Virus record (IMG/VR): IMGVR_UViG_3300037264_003470
Coordinates: 1 to 63,163 of that record
Direction: 5' to 3' (one strand)
Origin: a virus
Lineage: Duplodnaviria > Caudoviricetes
Length of the DNA stretch: 63,163 nt
Shown: positions 32,201-41,576 of the stretch, in pieces
How positions within the stretch are numbered: position 1 is the stretch's first letter
Layout of the letters: every line of letters begins with the position of its first letter
The notes under the pieces: generated by a model
What the model was told of the DNA's origin: nothing
The model's input: the letters and a program-made list of their open reading frames with translations, nothing else
Databases searched by the model: none
Position numbers and translations under genes: made by a program

Positions 32201-35165
32201 CAGCTTCTGTGCCCTTGCCTGGGTCTGCCCCAATAGCTTTTAAATACTCTTGATAATCTTTACTTCCTTTTGCGATGTTTTCAATTGCGCCATCAAAGTC
32301 TTTTGCCCCATCTTCAACGCTGTTACTAAACTGCTGTAAGAAATCAGCGCCAGTTGTCAGGAAGAGTTGTTGTTTCTGATAAGATGCTTGTTGTGCGCTC
32401 AATTGCCCCTGCAACTGCTTTCTCATTTCTCTTGGCAAGTCACCCATGTTGAGAAGTTCATCTAAAGCTTTCGAAGTATCTGGACCTGCTTCTTTTATTG
32501 CTTTATCAAATTTTTGTCTCCATGTAAGACCATCTTTCCCAACCGCTTTTTCTTTATCGGCAATTGCTGCAAGTTCATCTATGGTCATTGCCTGAGTGCT
32601 TGTGGACTTATTCAAATCTTCAATACGCTGAGCAAATGTCTTTGATCTGTCTTTTATGTTATCAATCTCAATACGCATAGCTTCAGCACCCATTCCGAAC
32701 AATTCTTTCGTCAAATAAGACATTCTGGATATCGCTGTCGCAGAAAGCTTTTTCATGTTCTCAGCTAGCGATTTATTTGGGTCTAAAGTCTTACCTTCTG
32801 CTTGTAATGCCTGTGCTGTTTGACTCGTCAACCAACCCTCAAGGTTTTTAGCAAACTTTGCCTCAAGTTCTTTATTACCTTGTACGACACCAAATGTTAT
32901 TGCATCTTCCATTCCCTTGCCGCCGACCGCCGCCAAGTTCATTTCTTGTGGACTTAAATTACCGCGCAACCTACCACCCGACATTATTTTTGTCATTGAT
33001 TGAGCTTCTGCTTCAGTACCAGTTTTCTTAGCTCTTGCCATTGTTTCAATAAGACTTCTAGCAGCCGTCGTAGTTAGAGTTCCAGCTTTTCTCATGTCTT
33101 CCATGAATGAATGCGCTGATTTAGCAACGTTAAGTAATTCATTACCTACCAAACCTGTGCTTCTGGCGATCTGAGTCATACCTCTTTGCATACTGCGAAG
33201 ATCATTTGTGGTCATGCCTAATCTTTGGTGCCAATCCAAGAACATTTCTGAGGTTTGTTCGCCATCAGCATTAATAAGTGTTGCTGTTTGCAAACCTACT
33301 CTGGTCAATTTATTTAGAGTCTTAGTCTCTTGGACACCTTTTTTGAAGTTGGTAAGCTGTCTTTTTTGGATGGTGGTAAAACTCTGGCCAGTTTCACCTA
33401 TATCATCCATAGTTGTGCCTAATTTTTCTAATGTCCTTGAGGCGGCGTCCAGATTGCTGTTATATTCTGTTACTCGTTTAGCAATAGTAGTCCATTCATC
33501 ACCTGTTCCCTTTGGTGGCGCACCAAAACCACTCATATTTACCGTAGGGGCCATTGTGGTTGCTCCTGTCGAAACAAACATGGCTTGACTCGCGTTACTG
33601 AAGGCTTCAACCTGCTCAATAAGTGGGGTTAATACAAAATTAATCATACCTTCTGCTAAGCCACCTAAAGCAGCACCAAAAGCTTTGATTACTGGTCCTA
33701 ATGCTGAGAAAAGAGAACCTACATATGGTATTAGACCACCAAGTTTATCTGTTACATCACCAAGTAATGTGAATGGAGCTTCAACTACTTTGCCCGCAGT
33801 TTTAGCTATGCCTGTTGCTACTCCATTTAGCAAAGCTTCCATCGGTTTTTCGCTAAATACAAATCTTGATGCTGCTGAAGTGCCTTGTAATGCCCTTCCT
33901 CTGGCAGTGGCACCAATTCTTTCCCATTTTTCTCTACGCTTATCCTGCATCCATTCCCGCATCATTGCTTTTTGGGAATCTTTGCCATTCTTTTTAGTTT
34001 CTTCTACACCTTCTTTTTCCACTGCCATTTGAGCTTTCTGGCCACCCCTGTTTTTCCTGGCTTGGCTTAGCGTTGACCTTGCTGTTTGTTTTGTGTGCTT
34101 AACGCCATCCTTTGTAACTCCAAGCAGCTTGTTTATACATCTACAAATACAACGACATAAATCAGATGTACCACCACCTACTTTTGCTTTACGTCCTTTG
34201 TCAACTGGCGTTCCTTCCCCATGTGTTACTCTGCCTTTTCCAGTTAAGTCATCTATATCACTTTGAGCTTTCTTTTGTGGTTTTTCTGTAGTCTTACCCA
34301 ATTGAAGAAAATTTCTAACCGTACCACCTACAGCCTTACCTAGCGCATCAACAGAACGTCCTACAAAACCAAATACCTTGCCGACCCAACTATCTGAAAC
34401 TTTTTTCGTAAGTTTCTCCCACCAGCCAGAAACTTTATTCGTAACTCCTTCCCACAAAGCAGAAGCCTTGCTTGTAACTCCTTCCCACAAAGCAGAAGCC
34501 TTGCTTGTAACTCCTTCCCACAAAGCATTGGCTTTCTCAGAGAAGGCAGTTGTCATACGCTGCCAACCATCTTTAAAGAAAGTCATAGTTGTGTTCCATC
34601 CACTGCGGAACATGTTTTGAGATTCTTTAGCAGCCTTCTCTCCCTCTTTCTGAAACCACTTAAAAGGATTTAGTTTCCCTAGATTACCAAAAGTTTTTGT
34701 GAAGTCCTTGCCGATCATGCCAAAAGCAGCACTAAATCTTCTTTGACTCTTTTCCAAAGCCTTGCCAAAGGTCATTGTTTTATCGGTGATTTTCTCAAAT
34801 GCTGGTTTAATTTCGCTAAAGGTGTCTTTAATTACTTTTGATATGTCACCACCATTGCCTGGCTTTAATGCTTTGGCAACTGCCTTAGCATAAGCTTTTG
34901 CCTGCTTATCTATTTGCTGGCCTTTTTTACTTATAGCTTCTTCACAACACTCTGCTACTCGTTTGATTAACTTGTTAAGAGCTTTTAATTCTCTGTCAAG
35001 ATCATTGCCAATAATCTTTTCTAGATTATCATTGAGTTTTTTAAGCTCCGCAGTATTTTCATCTTTTTTTTGCGCAGTCTTTTTGTTGCCAACATCACCA
35101 AGTAATGCTGCTTTAATTTCATCAATACTAGCTTTTACCTCACGATCAAATACATCGACTGGCAT
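29214..35165 (-). CDS. tail tape measure protein
   Basis: 1983 aa, helical A/K/E-rich, 11-aa W/F-spaced repeats (SKASALWEGVT), hydrophobic segment, upstream of baseplate genes. Confidence 0.85.
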   Translation of the reverse strand: MPVDVFDREVKASIDEIKAALLGDVGNKKTAQKKDENTAELKKLNDNLEKIIGNDLDRELKALNKLIKRVAECCEEAISKKGQQIDKQAKAYAKAVAKALKPGNGGDISKVIKDTFSEIKPAFEKITDKTMTFGKALEKSQRRFSAAFGMIGKDFTKTFGNLGKLNPFKWFQKEGEKAAKESQNMFRSGWNTTMTFFKDGWQRMTTAFSEKANALWEGVTSKASALWEGVTSKASALWEGVTNKVSGWWEKLTKKVSDSWVGKVFGFVGRSVDALGKAVGGTVRNFLQLGKTTEKPQKKAQSDIDDLTGKGRVTHGEGTPVDKGRKAKVGGGTSDLCRCICRCINKLLGVTKDGVKHTKQTARSTLSQARKNRGGQKAQMAVEKEGVEETKKNGKDSQKAMMREWMQDKRREKWERIGATARGRALQGTSAASRFVFSEKPMEALLNGVATGIAKTAGKVVEAPFTLLGDVTDKLGGLIPYVGSLFSALGPVIKAFGAALGGLAEGMINFVLTPLIEQVEAFSNASQAMFVSTGATTMAPTVNMSGFGAPPKGTGDEWTTIAKRVTEYNSNLDAASRTLEKLGTTMDDIGETGQSFTTIQKRQLTNFKKGVQETKTLNKLTRVGLQTATLINADGEQTSEMFLDWHQRLGMTTNDLRSMQRGMTQIARSTGLVGNELLNVAKSAHSFMEDMRKAGTLTTTAARSLIETMARAKKTGTEAEAQSMTKIMSGGRLRGNLSPQEMNLAAVGGKGMEDAITFGVVQGNKELEAKFAKNLEGWLTSQTAQALQAEGKTLDPNKSLAENMKKLSATAISRMSYLTKELFGMGAEAMRIEIDNIKDRSKTFAQRIEDLNKSTSTQAMTIDELAAIADKEKAVGKDGLTWRQKFDKAIKEAGPDTSKALDELLNMGDLPREMRKQLQGQLSAQQASYQKQQLFLTTGADFLQQFSNSVEDGAKDFDGAIENIAKGSKDYQEYLKAIGADPGKGTEAVEKALLDQAKRMRDEAIKIGAPEIAQTVPTAEEIKKAIAEKDVKTIKSLATELADLQGRIQRQAQKKADPISEMRDALLRLEARFKGFLLDKLAQAMPFLTEAIRQLTTAPFWDAFAKGDIKKGFELLGDFVGNMADNIMKAMGQIEGLPTHTGFQRFLAAIINGIATIAKPLLDGIGEYIKKNAPELAKMFDGFNFDEFIKGIKDVAIQIRDIIGVISNVIMFLWEWKEVILVVIGLLAVGGLIAAFAGVSGALAGAAGLIALLAGLGVAIYALHNNIRGIEKSIQDQGTAIEKRGGEISKEGIERTTKLASGELTKEQIKIEKENAEKRLVAAQNVGKLMESGTGFGMVEDLTFGFYGAGTREQEMKAKIAIKKQEMEAKEAIIMAKHADAIADATSKEEKSRLQEIAYREAYAENMAVANIKLAKTYEQARLEAKKGAEGLQAELAEIHGRHTQRVNAGVNITKFFHGTTKEEDEALALLPKLEKQQEALREKEAQILGVMRETLQRKDEKGNIQWLNIQEAGKRWQAATKDVDKAAAAEFAKTESLGEMFKKMDQSTRDAWKIYATLPDTEEGLKKSQQMAEEQAKRLNAYEAARGKIVEGMLKDEQGRVAPFEKVLDKFNESFTRTKKGVYSLAPDKDALKAFKEQKTLEDMDTLNKGLMNKFKEQFHGARTEKEKTAILERASGVKDAMYLAKTEFLKPLLMNQGKYVAADVAAGNLKQMLRPEDIGEDITGKLSGAKNITELKQMSEKEQTALKAQYDEANSLTTKGDIAQQLAKMQLATELLEKKMQTTAAAAAPAPGTPADLQLTVLNEIKDILQKTYDIQVTAATASNALTEEATKKGTLYVEDTALKNMITEKMFGMSSQQLAETIAPLVDKQIIANPTMPAGMSQDVEAELRRNKAEAQNGDVDMAKTENNTGTTAAGVMATVKVLNKIGRLLAKKGNNNLGDEGPDYPLEAFMEDVLPVGWANATKERQVGLEFEVGDFTGN
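34441..34526. repeat. 33-bp tandem repeat (2.6 copies) in tape measure
   Basis: gtaactccttcccacaaagcagaagccttgctt. Confidence 0.9.
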
Positions 35166-35234
35166 ATTGTTATTTATCTCTTTCTAAAAAACTATTAATG
35201 TAATAAAATGAATTGCGAAAAGGAATTATGGTAT

Positions 35235-35768
35235 CTATGCAAGTGGCTGCTGAATTTCTCCTGGTTGAGCAACAGGTTGATTTAATTGATACTTTATTAA
35301 CTCTTCTATCTGCATCCTTATTTGATCCAATTCATTTACGTCTAAAGTCCTAGACACTGCCGCAATACCTCTCAAGAAATCACTATCCATCATTCTTAAC
35401 TGGCTAATCCCGCTTCTTTTATAAGTTCTAAACGTGCCAGGATCATCCTTCCCCCCTGTTAAGTAAGCATTGCCCTTTATAAGTGAGTAAGCAAATGGTT
35501 TGTCTAAATAGGTGTTAATCATATATTTAACGTAAGGAACTGTTAAGTAATTTAAATTCACGCCTCTTATAGCATCACTATATATATCTGATACTAATAA
35601 CAACGGGTAAGGATCATGGACCATCTTATTCGCCCGCTGTCCAGCATAGTGAAAATTTACAATACTGCCTTTGTGAACTATTTTTGGGGTGGGTACAGCA
35701 GGGGTCGGATAGTCGATAGCTTTCCAGAAACTGCCTAATTGTTGAACTTGCTGCGGGGTAATCGGCAT
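35235..35768 (-). CDS. DNA end protector protein (T4 gp2-like)
   Basis: F.Y.....HDPYPLLLV....GVNLNYL...FRTY. Confidence 0.6.
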   Translation of the reverse strand: MPITPQQVQQLGSFWKAIDYPTPAVPTPKIVHKGSIVNFHYAGQRANKMVHDPYPLLLVSDIYSDAIRGVNLNYLTVPYVKYMINTYLDKPFAYSLIKGNAYLTGGKDDPGTFRTYKRSGISQLRMMDSDFLRGIAAVSRTLDVNELDQIRMQIEELIKYQLNQPVAQPGEIQQPLA

Positions 35769-35793
35769 GTTTTATTTAGACTATTAACCCCAT

Positions 35794-36282
35794 TTACGCT
35801 TTCATGTAAGTAAGATTGCTGTAATCCATGCCATAGTCGGACGATCTAACAACCACCTTGCCCCACGGATCACGTTCGAACTCTTTGTCGCGCAACTCTT
35901 TTTCAGCAATAGCACTTCGGTCAAAAAACTTTTTAACTTCAGTGGTCACTGCTGACATTATTTTTCTGCCAGCTTCTTCAGGTTTGTAATCTGTAACCAA
36001 GTCTTCAAACATTTCTTCAATGTCCATTGGGTATGCACGGCCAAAAGGCTCTGTTTTTTCGTCTTTTTGAACTCTAAAAGATATTTGATCGCCAACCTTG
36101 TAGATTCTAATACCTTCAAAGAAAGTGTTTTTCTTTGTGTTGTAAACAAAAAGGTACGGGTCATCGTCATCCAAGTGGCTTTTGACGTTCATGCCGTGAG
36201 CGAGAAGAATATGCTCAATGATCTTGAGTTGCTTCTTTGTCTCTCTTTCCTTTTTGTCAATGAATTCAATAAACTTTATCAT
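35794..36282 (-). CDS. hypothetical protein
   Basis: 162 aa; N-terminus MIKFIEFID. Confidence 0.75.
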   Translation of the reverse strand: MIKFIEFIDKKERETKKQLKIIEHILLAHGMNVKSHLDDDDPYLFVYNTKKNTFFEGIRIYKVGDQISFRVQKDEKTEPFGRAYPMDIEEMFEDLVTDYKPEEAGRKIMSAVTTEVKKFFDRSAIAEKELRDKEFERDPWGKVVVRSSDYGMDYSNLTYMKA

Positions 36283-36411
36283 CGGAATATCTATTGCACT
36301 CGACAGTGAATTTTAGTATCTTTTTGTCATGCTGCTTCGCTACCAATGAAACTTGTTGTTACTTTGGAAATGGAGATAGTAATATGTAACATTACTGAAA
36401 GGGTACGTCCT

Positions 36412-37053
36412 ATGGCTTATTATCAAAGTTCATATGACAAACGTGGTTCAGGTCGGGAAGGCGCGTTCGCCCAAGACCTTTATCACAGAACCTTGAAACA
36501 CTACAAAATTGGTTTCAAGGAATCTTCTATTAAAGAAGATTGCGAAGGCAAAGACCTTCGCCGTCTTAACGGTGAGGAAGACGATGTTAAAGCTCGTAAG
36601 AGCGCTGGGCCACACCGATTCTGGATGGAAATTTGTGCGGCTTTCAACGCTCCAATCGGTAGCGGTTGGAGCTATCATAATGTATGGATCGCCCAACTCA
36701 TGGTTTACGAAGCCGACCAATTCATCACCGACATTATCTTCGGCAGATATTTCTCGCCCGACGCAATAAGAGATATTGTCGAAAAGAAATGTGACCTCAA
36801 TGTTACTACGCGAGTTAGTAACGAGTTACACAAACTCTACCATCGCTGGTCCAGTAACGTTAAAACGGGGGAAATGGAACATCGTGGCGCAACTGTGTGT
36901 GCTACTTATGAAGACCTGGAAAGCGTGGAATCATTCCAGAGAATCGAAGTTCCCCGTGACTGGTGGCCAGATATTATGAAAGAATATAATACCCTGGCCA
37001 CAATTAAAGCAAAAGGTAAGAAGGCTAATCCTCCTTATTTTGGCATTAAGTAA
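36412..37053 (+). CDS. putative PD-(D/E)xK nuclease-fold protein
   Basis: G..E...; ED..GKDL...DVKARK..W.EI; opposite orientation to neighbours, own terminator. Confidence 0.45.
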   Translation: MAYYQSSYDKRGSGREGAFAQDLYHRTLKHYKIGFKESSIKEDCEGKDLRRLNGEEDDVKARKSAGPHRFWMEICAAFNAPIGSGWSYHNVWIAQLMVYEADQFITDIIFGRYFSPDAIRDIVEKKCDLNVTTRVSNELHKLYHRWSSNVKTGEMEHRGATVCATYEDLESVESFQRIEVPRDWWPDIMKEYNTLATIKAKGKKANPPYFGIK

Positions 37054-37056
37054 ACC

Positions 37057-37084
37057 AAAAAGGCCACTCGCAAGAGTGGCCTTT
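37057..37084. terminator. rho-independent terminator between convergent genes
   Basis: AAAAAGGCCACTC-GCAA-GAGTGGCCTTT. Confidence 0.85.
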
Positions 37085-37088
37085 CTTA

Positions 37089-38423
37089 TTATCCGCACTG
37101 TCTCATTAGTATTTCTGACGCATTTGGCACGCATCGCTGTAAAACTCGTAGATCACTTGGATTGCCAGTATAAGGCGTTTCCCTTATGACTATGCCAGGA
37201 AAACTTGAAGCTGCTTCTTTGATAATATGCATGTTTGCAGTCAGGAACAACTGTCCTTGACGCCTTACAATAAATTCATGCTCTTTCTTATAAGGCTTGC
37301 CATCTTCGTCTACTTCACCACTATTTTTCATGTACATGATTTTAAGATCAACGAAACTAATAATCGCTCCGTCGTCATCAATCATGGCTTCTGAACCGTC
37401 ATCCTGTTTTGTGCGAACAACTAAACGACCATCCGTGTAAGCTGCTTTCAAAGAAGTGGCGATATCCCAACCTACGGAATATACCGTTCCATCAGTACCA
37501 GTAACGTTGATGATGAAAGCCCTTGTTTTGAAAGTTTCAGCAATTGATTCCATCACAACACGCTTACGAAGCACATCTTTTTCTTCTGGACTGCCATCCT
37601 CTAATCTTTGCAATTCTGGCGCTTTTAAATACCTTTGTGGGTCATCTGTCCTCAGACTCCAGTTGCCAATATAAAGATCACCAAACCTGGAATTAAATCT
37701 TGTAGACATACGAATAGAGAAATCTTTTTCGTTGTAAATAAGGTCTTCCGTAGATGCACCACTACCAACCTGTACGGAGCCAGTTAATGCCGCGATGAAC
37801 TTGCGATGCATGTCTGCCTTCATGCTGTACAAACCAGTAAGTTTAATATAGACATTGTTCAATAGTGGTTGGGTCTGCAAAACTTCAACTATGTGGTTGG
37901 AGACGGATGTGCCTGGATTGGTATGGTCTAAGTCATCCTTGATTAATTTCTTGATTTCTTTTGAAGCTTTGTCAATGTTTGAATGTTCTCTTAGGAATAT
38001 AATTTGTAGGTTGTCTTCTACGAACTTTCTTTGATAGGGGTCTAAATTCCTATCACGAACATCCATAATCATTTCTTTCATTTCTTGAACATCACCTTTG
38101 ATAGATGAATTCATGAATTCTTTTTTCCATTGTTCGAAGTCGAGATGTTTCTTTTCTTCTGGCATGTCTGGATGCTGAGGATCAGCAGAAAAATCTTCTT
38201 CGCCTGGGTGTGTATCCATCTGGTCAGGCGGCATATTAGCTACATTTGGATCGCCACCTGGAGACGCAGCAGGAGCATTTGCCCCCGTTGGACTATAAGG
38301 ATCAGTAGGCAAGCCACCAGCTTGATCGCCTGGACCTGTACCCGTAGCATAAGCACCTTGTTCAGTTAGCTTCTTTTTGTTGAACCCTTCCAACCAATCC
38401 TCAAGATTTATTCTGTCCGTCAT
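37089..38423 (-). CDS. hypothetical protein, possibly virion
   Basis: 444 aa, low-complexity N-terminal region. Confidence 0.8.
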   Translation of the reverse strand: MTDRINLEDWLEGFNKKKLTEQGAYATGTGPGDQAGGLPTDPYSPTGANAPAASPGGDPNVANMPPDQMDTHPGEEDFSADPQHPDMPEEKKHLDFEQWKKEFMNSSIKGDVQEMKEMIMDVRDRNLDPYQRKFVEDNLQIIFLREHSNIDKASKEIKKLIKDDLDHTNPGTSVSNHIVEVLQTQPLLNNVYIKLTGLYSMKADMHRKFIAALTGSVQVGSGASTEDLIYNEKDFSIRMSTRFNSRFGDLYIGNWSLRTDDPQRYLKAPELQRLEDGSPEEKDVLRKRVVMESIAETFKTRAFIINVTGTDGTVYSVGWDIATSLKAAYTDGRLVVRTKQDDGSEAMIDDDGAIISFVDLKIMYMKNSGEVDEDGKPYKKEHEFIVRRQGQLFLTANMHIIKEAASSFPGIVIRETPYTGNPSDLRVLQRCVPNASEILMRQCG

Positions 38424-38862
38424 TTGCTTCCTTTTGCTTTTGTATCTTATTAATCTGCTTAATTAATTCCCGTTTGGCGGAACTATCGCCTAAATTTATA
38501 GTGTTGTTTTGATGTGCCGCCAAGTATCTAGGGAAAGTATCTCGTTCTTTCAGTTTAACCCTAGTAGCCAAATCAAGAACTTTGGTCATTTTCTCAGAAA
38601 TACCTGCTTTAATCTCAAAGAGTTTGGTCAAAGCTTCCTTGCTAGCACTTGTCGAATCGCCTTCGTTAATAACCATTTCGATAAAATTATGCTTAACTTC
38701 ATCTACTTCTTGTCGCTCCTGGCGTAAATTATTCATAACCTCGTTACACCAACCCATCCACACTTCGTCAGGGATAAGAGCCTTTTCTTCTTCTTGAGAT
38801 TGTGGTGCTGGAACATTTACGTTCATTTGAGGAATTAAGCTTTCCAGTTCTTTGTCGTCCAT
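38401..38862 (-). CDS. hypothetical protein
   Basis: 153 aa; TAAATA 5 nt upstream. Confidence 0.75.
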   Translation of the reverse strand: MDDKELESLIPQMNVNVPAPQSQEEEKALIPDEVWMGWCNEVMNNLRQERQEVDEVKHNFIEMVINEGDSTSASKEALTKLFEIKAGISEKMTKVLDLATRVKLKERDTFPRYLAAHQNNTINLGDSSAKRELIKQINKIQKQKEANDGQNKS

Positions 38863-38913
38863 ATAATTATTTAGGGCAAGTGCATCTATTTTGTATGTTT
38901 ATTAAAACTATAT

Positions 38914-39315
38914 ATGGCAAGGATATCTATGGAAGAGAAATTTAGAGAAGTTAACGATTCACTGAAACTTGTTTTTGAAATGACCGCTCGTATTGACGAG
39001 CGGATGAAAGTGCTTATCGAGAGCAATAGTGAATCTAAGGATAGAATTGAGAAACTATATGAAAACCAAATGACTTTAATAAATCGTATTGCTATACTGG
39101 AAAACAAAAATAGTACAGAATTAATTACTGATCTTAAAAACGATGTTAATATAATAGATGGTAAAATTGAGCATCTTTCAGAACGATTGATTCACGTCGA
39201 GAAAGAGATGGCGCAAACAACTAATAAGTGGTCCAGTGTTGTTGATTTTATTTTCAAAGTCGGCGTGGTAGTAATTGGCAGTATAATTTTGTGGAAATTG
39301 GGCCTTAAGCCGTAA
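38914..39315 (+). CDS. coiled-coil protein with C-terminal TM helix (XhlA/holin-like architecture)
   Basis: heptads followed by FIFKVGVVVIGSIILWKLG. Confidence 0.6.
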   Translation: MARISMEEKFREVNDSLKLVFEMTARIDERMKVLIESNSESKDRIEKLYENQMTLINRIAILENKNSTELITDLKNDVNIIDGKIEHLSERLIHVEKEMAQTTNKWSSVVDFIFKVGVVVIGSIILWKLGLKP

Positions 39316-39339
39316 ATATAATAATAGGTGAAAAGGTAT

Positions 39340-40935
39340 ATGAGAAAAACATTTTTAGAATTTGTTGGATTGAAAGAGAACACAGATGCTAAGAAGGCGT
39401 CTTCGGAAGTTAAACTAGCTGACGATACCGACTTCAAGCCATTTGTTATTGATGGTGAAAATCACCCTAATTTAAGGGTTATTGCTAAAGCCTTCTTGGA
39501 TAGTGATAAAGTTTCCCTGCCTGGTCCTGACGGTTATCCACAAAAGTTAACCACCATCGACCCAGCCAAGGGCGAAACCTCACCACGTCTAAAGAAAAAG
39601 GGATTATATCTTGTCGGCGGTGCAGTCCGTGACCATCTCTTGGGCAAAACTCCTAGAGATTACAACTTAGTAACGGATGCGGGACCAGATGAAATTCGTT
39701 TAATTCTGAGAAGCGCTGGATTTACCGAAGTTAAACCACAAAGCGATGGGAAGTCGCAAACAACCAAATATGACAAGCATCCAGATGCAGGACAAAAGAA
39801 CAAGGTTTTCCACGCAAAGGGCTGGGATCGTGGCGGGAAAGAATATATTTTTAACGCCAGAGTCAATGGAGAAGAGTTCGAAATAGCCACGTTTAGAAAA
39901 GGCTCTAAAGGCAGCGGTGACGGCAAGACTCCAGACAACATGGAGTTCGGCACTTTAGATGATGATGCGGGCAGAAGAGACTTTACTGTTAATGCCATGT
40001 ATATTCCTTTGACAAGTGCTGATGGTGCTAATGCTAAACTTGTTGACCCGCACGGCGGCGCACATCACTTGCGTCGAGGTGAAATTGAATTCGTAGGCAA
40101 TCCAAAAGAACGACTTGGGGAAGATCAGGGCCGCGTGTTGAGATATGTTCGTCAGGTTGCTTCACACGGCAAGAATACTAAGATTGGCGACGATGTTAAA
40201 TCTGCTATCAAAGATATCAAAGATTTACCATCAATCAGCCGTGAAAAGATTAAAGAAGAGTTTCTTAAAGGCTTACAACATCCAGACACCGATCCTGTCC
40301 AGTATGTCAAAATGTATAAGGAAATGGGTCTATTGGATACTGTGTTCCCTGACATGACTTTCAAACTTGACTCAGCCGAAGACTTCTCTGATAAAAAAGA
40401 AAAGCGATTGGCAATTGCGTGGTTGCTAAGAGCTAATCCGCCTGCCAAAGTAGAGAAAATGCTCCATCAGGGTACTTGGTCAGATGACGAAGTGCGTGAT
40501 ATTGTTACACTTATCGAATTCTCAAAATGGATGAGTGAACATGGCAAAAATCCAAAGCTATTCTTGGATAAGTTCTTCGACATGAAGAAGAATTTTCATA
40601 AGACTGGCATGGTGCCTAGCTTGATTAAACAGTGGGGTGGTATGAATAAGCAGCCAGAAGATGTTTTACACCACTTCCTAAATCATGAACTTGACACCAA
40701 GGGTTTTGTTGCCGATGAAAAAGGCAAGAAGAGTATTAACCCATTAATTGCCAAGCTTTTCGGTGGTCGTACTCCACAAGGTTCAGAGTTTTCAGATGCA
40801 ATTAAATGGCTAGAAACTGACAAGTTCCGCAAGAGACTTGAAACAAAAGATGAAGCTCTGTCTAGTGGCGAAGAAGATCATGACCATGATGACCACGACG
40901 AAGAAGATCATCATGACGATGACACCGAGGAGTAA
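39340..40935 (+). CDS. tRNA nucleotidyltransferase / poly(A) polymerase family (class II CCA-adding-like)
   Basis: LYLVGGAVRD.LLG, EIATFR, RRDFTVNAM, ED..R.LR, SREKIKEEF. Confidence 0.9.
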   Translation: MRKTFLEFVGLKENTDAKKASSEVKLADDTDFKPFVIDGENHPNLRVIAKAFLDSDKVSLPGPDGYPQKLTTIDPAKGETSPRLKKKGLYLVGGAVRDHLLGKTPRDYNLVTDAGPDEIRLILRSAGFTEVKPQSDGKSQTTKYDKHPDAGQKNKVFHAKGWDRGGKEYIFNARVNGEEFEIATFRKGSKGSGDGKTPDNMEFGTLDDDAGRRDFTVNAMYIPLTSADGANAKLVDPHGGAHHLRRGEIEFVGNPKERLGEDQGRVLRYVRQVASHGKNTKIGDDVKSAIKDIKDLPSISREKIKEEFLKGLQHPDTDPVQYVKMYKEMGLLDTVFPDMTFKLDSAEDFSDKKEKRLAIAWLLRANPPAKVEKMLHQGTWSDDEVRDIVTLIEFSKWMSEHGKNPKLFLDKFFDMKKNFHKTGMVPSLIKQWGGMNKQPEDVLHHFLNHELDTKGFVADEKGKKSINPLIAKLFGGRTPQGSEFSDAIKWLETDKFRKRLETKDEALSSGEEDHDHDDHDEEDHHDDDTEE

Positions 40936-40937
40936 TA

Positions 40938-41549
40938 TTGCAACTAAAATTCAGAAAATTTGTAGAGGCAGTATCCCCTGGTATCAAAAGGATTGTAATT
41001 TTCGATTTTGATGATACGCTGGTTTCTACTCCGACTCCAGAAGAAGGAAAACTTGCATATCAAAATGCTACAGGACAACCGTGGCCGCATAAAGGCTGGT
41101 GGGGCAACCCTGAAAGTTTAAAACCGCCAGTCTTTAACACAGAACCTGCAAAATTAAACCCAGCAGTTGCCAATGCTTTTCGCTCTTTTAAAGATGATGC
41201 GCAAACCTACGTTGTCGTAATGACAGGCCGTATAGCTAAATTTGAAAATCAAGTCAAAGAAATATTGAACAAGTACGGAATCCATCCAGACGAATACTTT
41301 TTCCGTGGACAAAAAGACCTTACCCAGCATCCAAACTATCCCCATAAAGGCGATACTTATGACTATAAAGAATTCGTAATCCTAAACCGCCTAATGAATC
41401 AAGAAGTGCAAATGGTAGAAATTTTTGATGACAGGGAAGAACACATTCCTAATTTCGTGCAACTTGGCAAAACTTTAAGAGCAAAGTGGCCCAATCTACA
41501 ATCGGTTATTATTCATGATGTTCGTCAACATAAGGACTACAATTTATAA
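40938..41549 (+). CDS. HAD phosphatase, Swiss-army-knife RNA-repair type
   Basis: IFDFDDTLVSTP, GWWGNPESL, VMTGR, K, IFDDREEH. Confidence 0.8.
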   Translation: MQLKFRKFVEAVSPGIKRIVIFDFDDTLVSTPTPEEGKLAYQNATGQPWPHKGWWGNPESLKPPVFNTEPAKLNPAVANAFRSFKDDAQTYVVVMTGRIAKFENQVKEILNKYGIHPDEYFFRGQKDLTQHPNYPHKGDTYDYKEFVILNRLMNQEVQMVEIFDDREEHIPNFVQLGKTLRAKWPNLQSVIIHDVRQHKDYNL

Positions 41550-41576
41550 GTCCGTGTTTCTGCTGGATTAATTTAG

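Noticed and set aside
19556-35165. Bacterial contractile injection system or tailocin
   Set aside because: The very long tape measure, gp2-like end protector and dense ORFan context indicate a phage genome.
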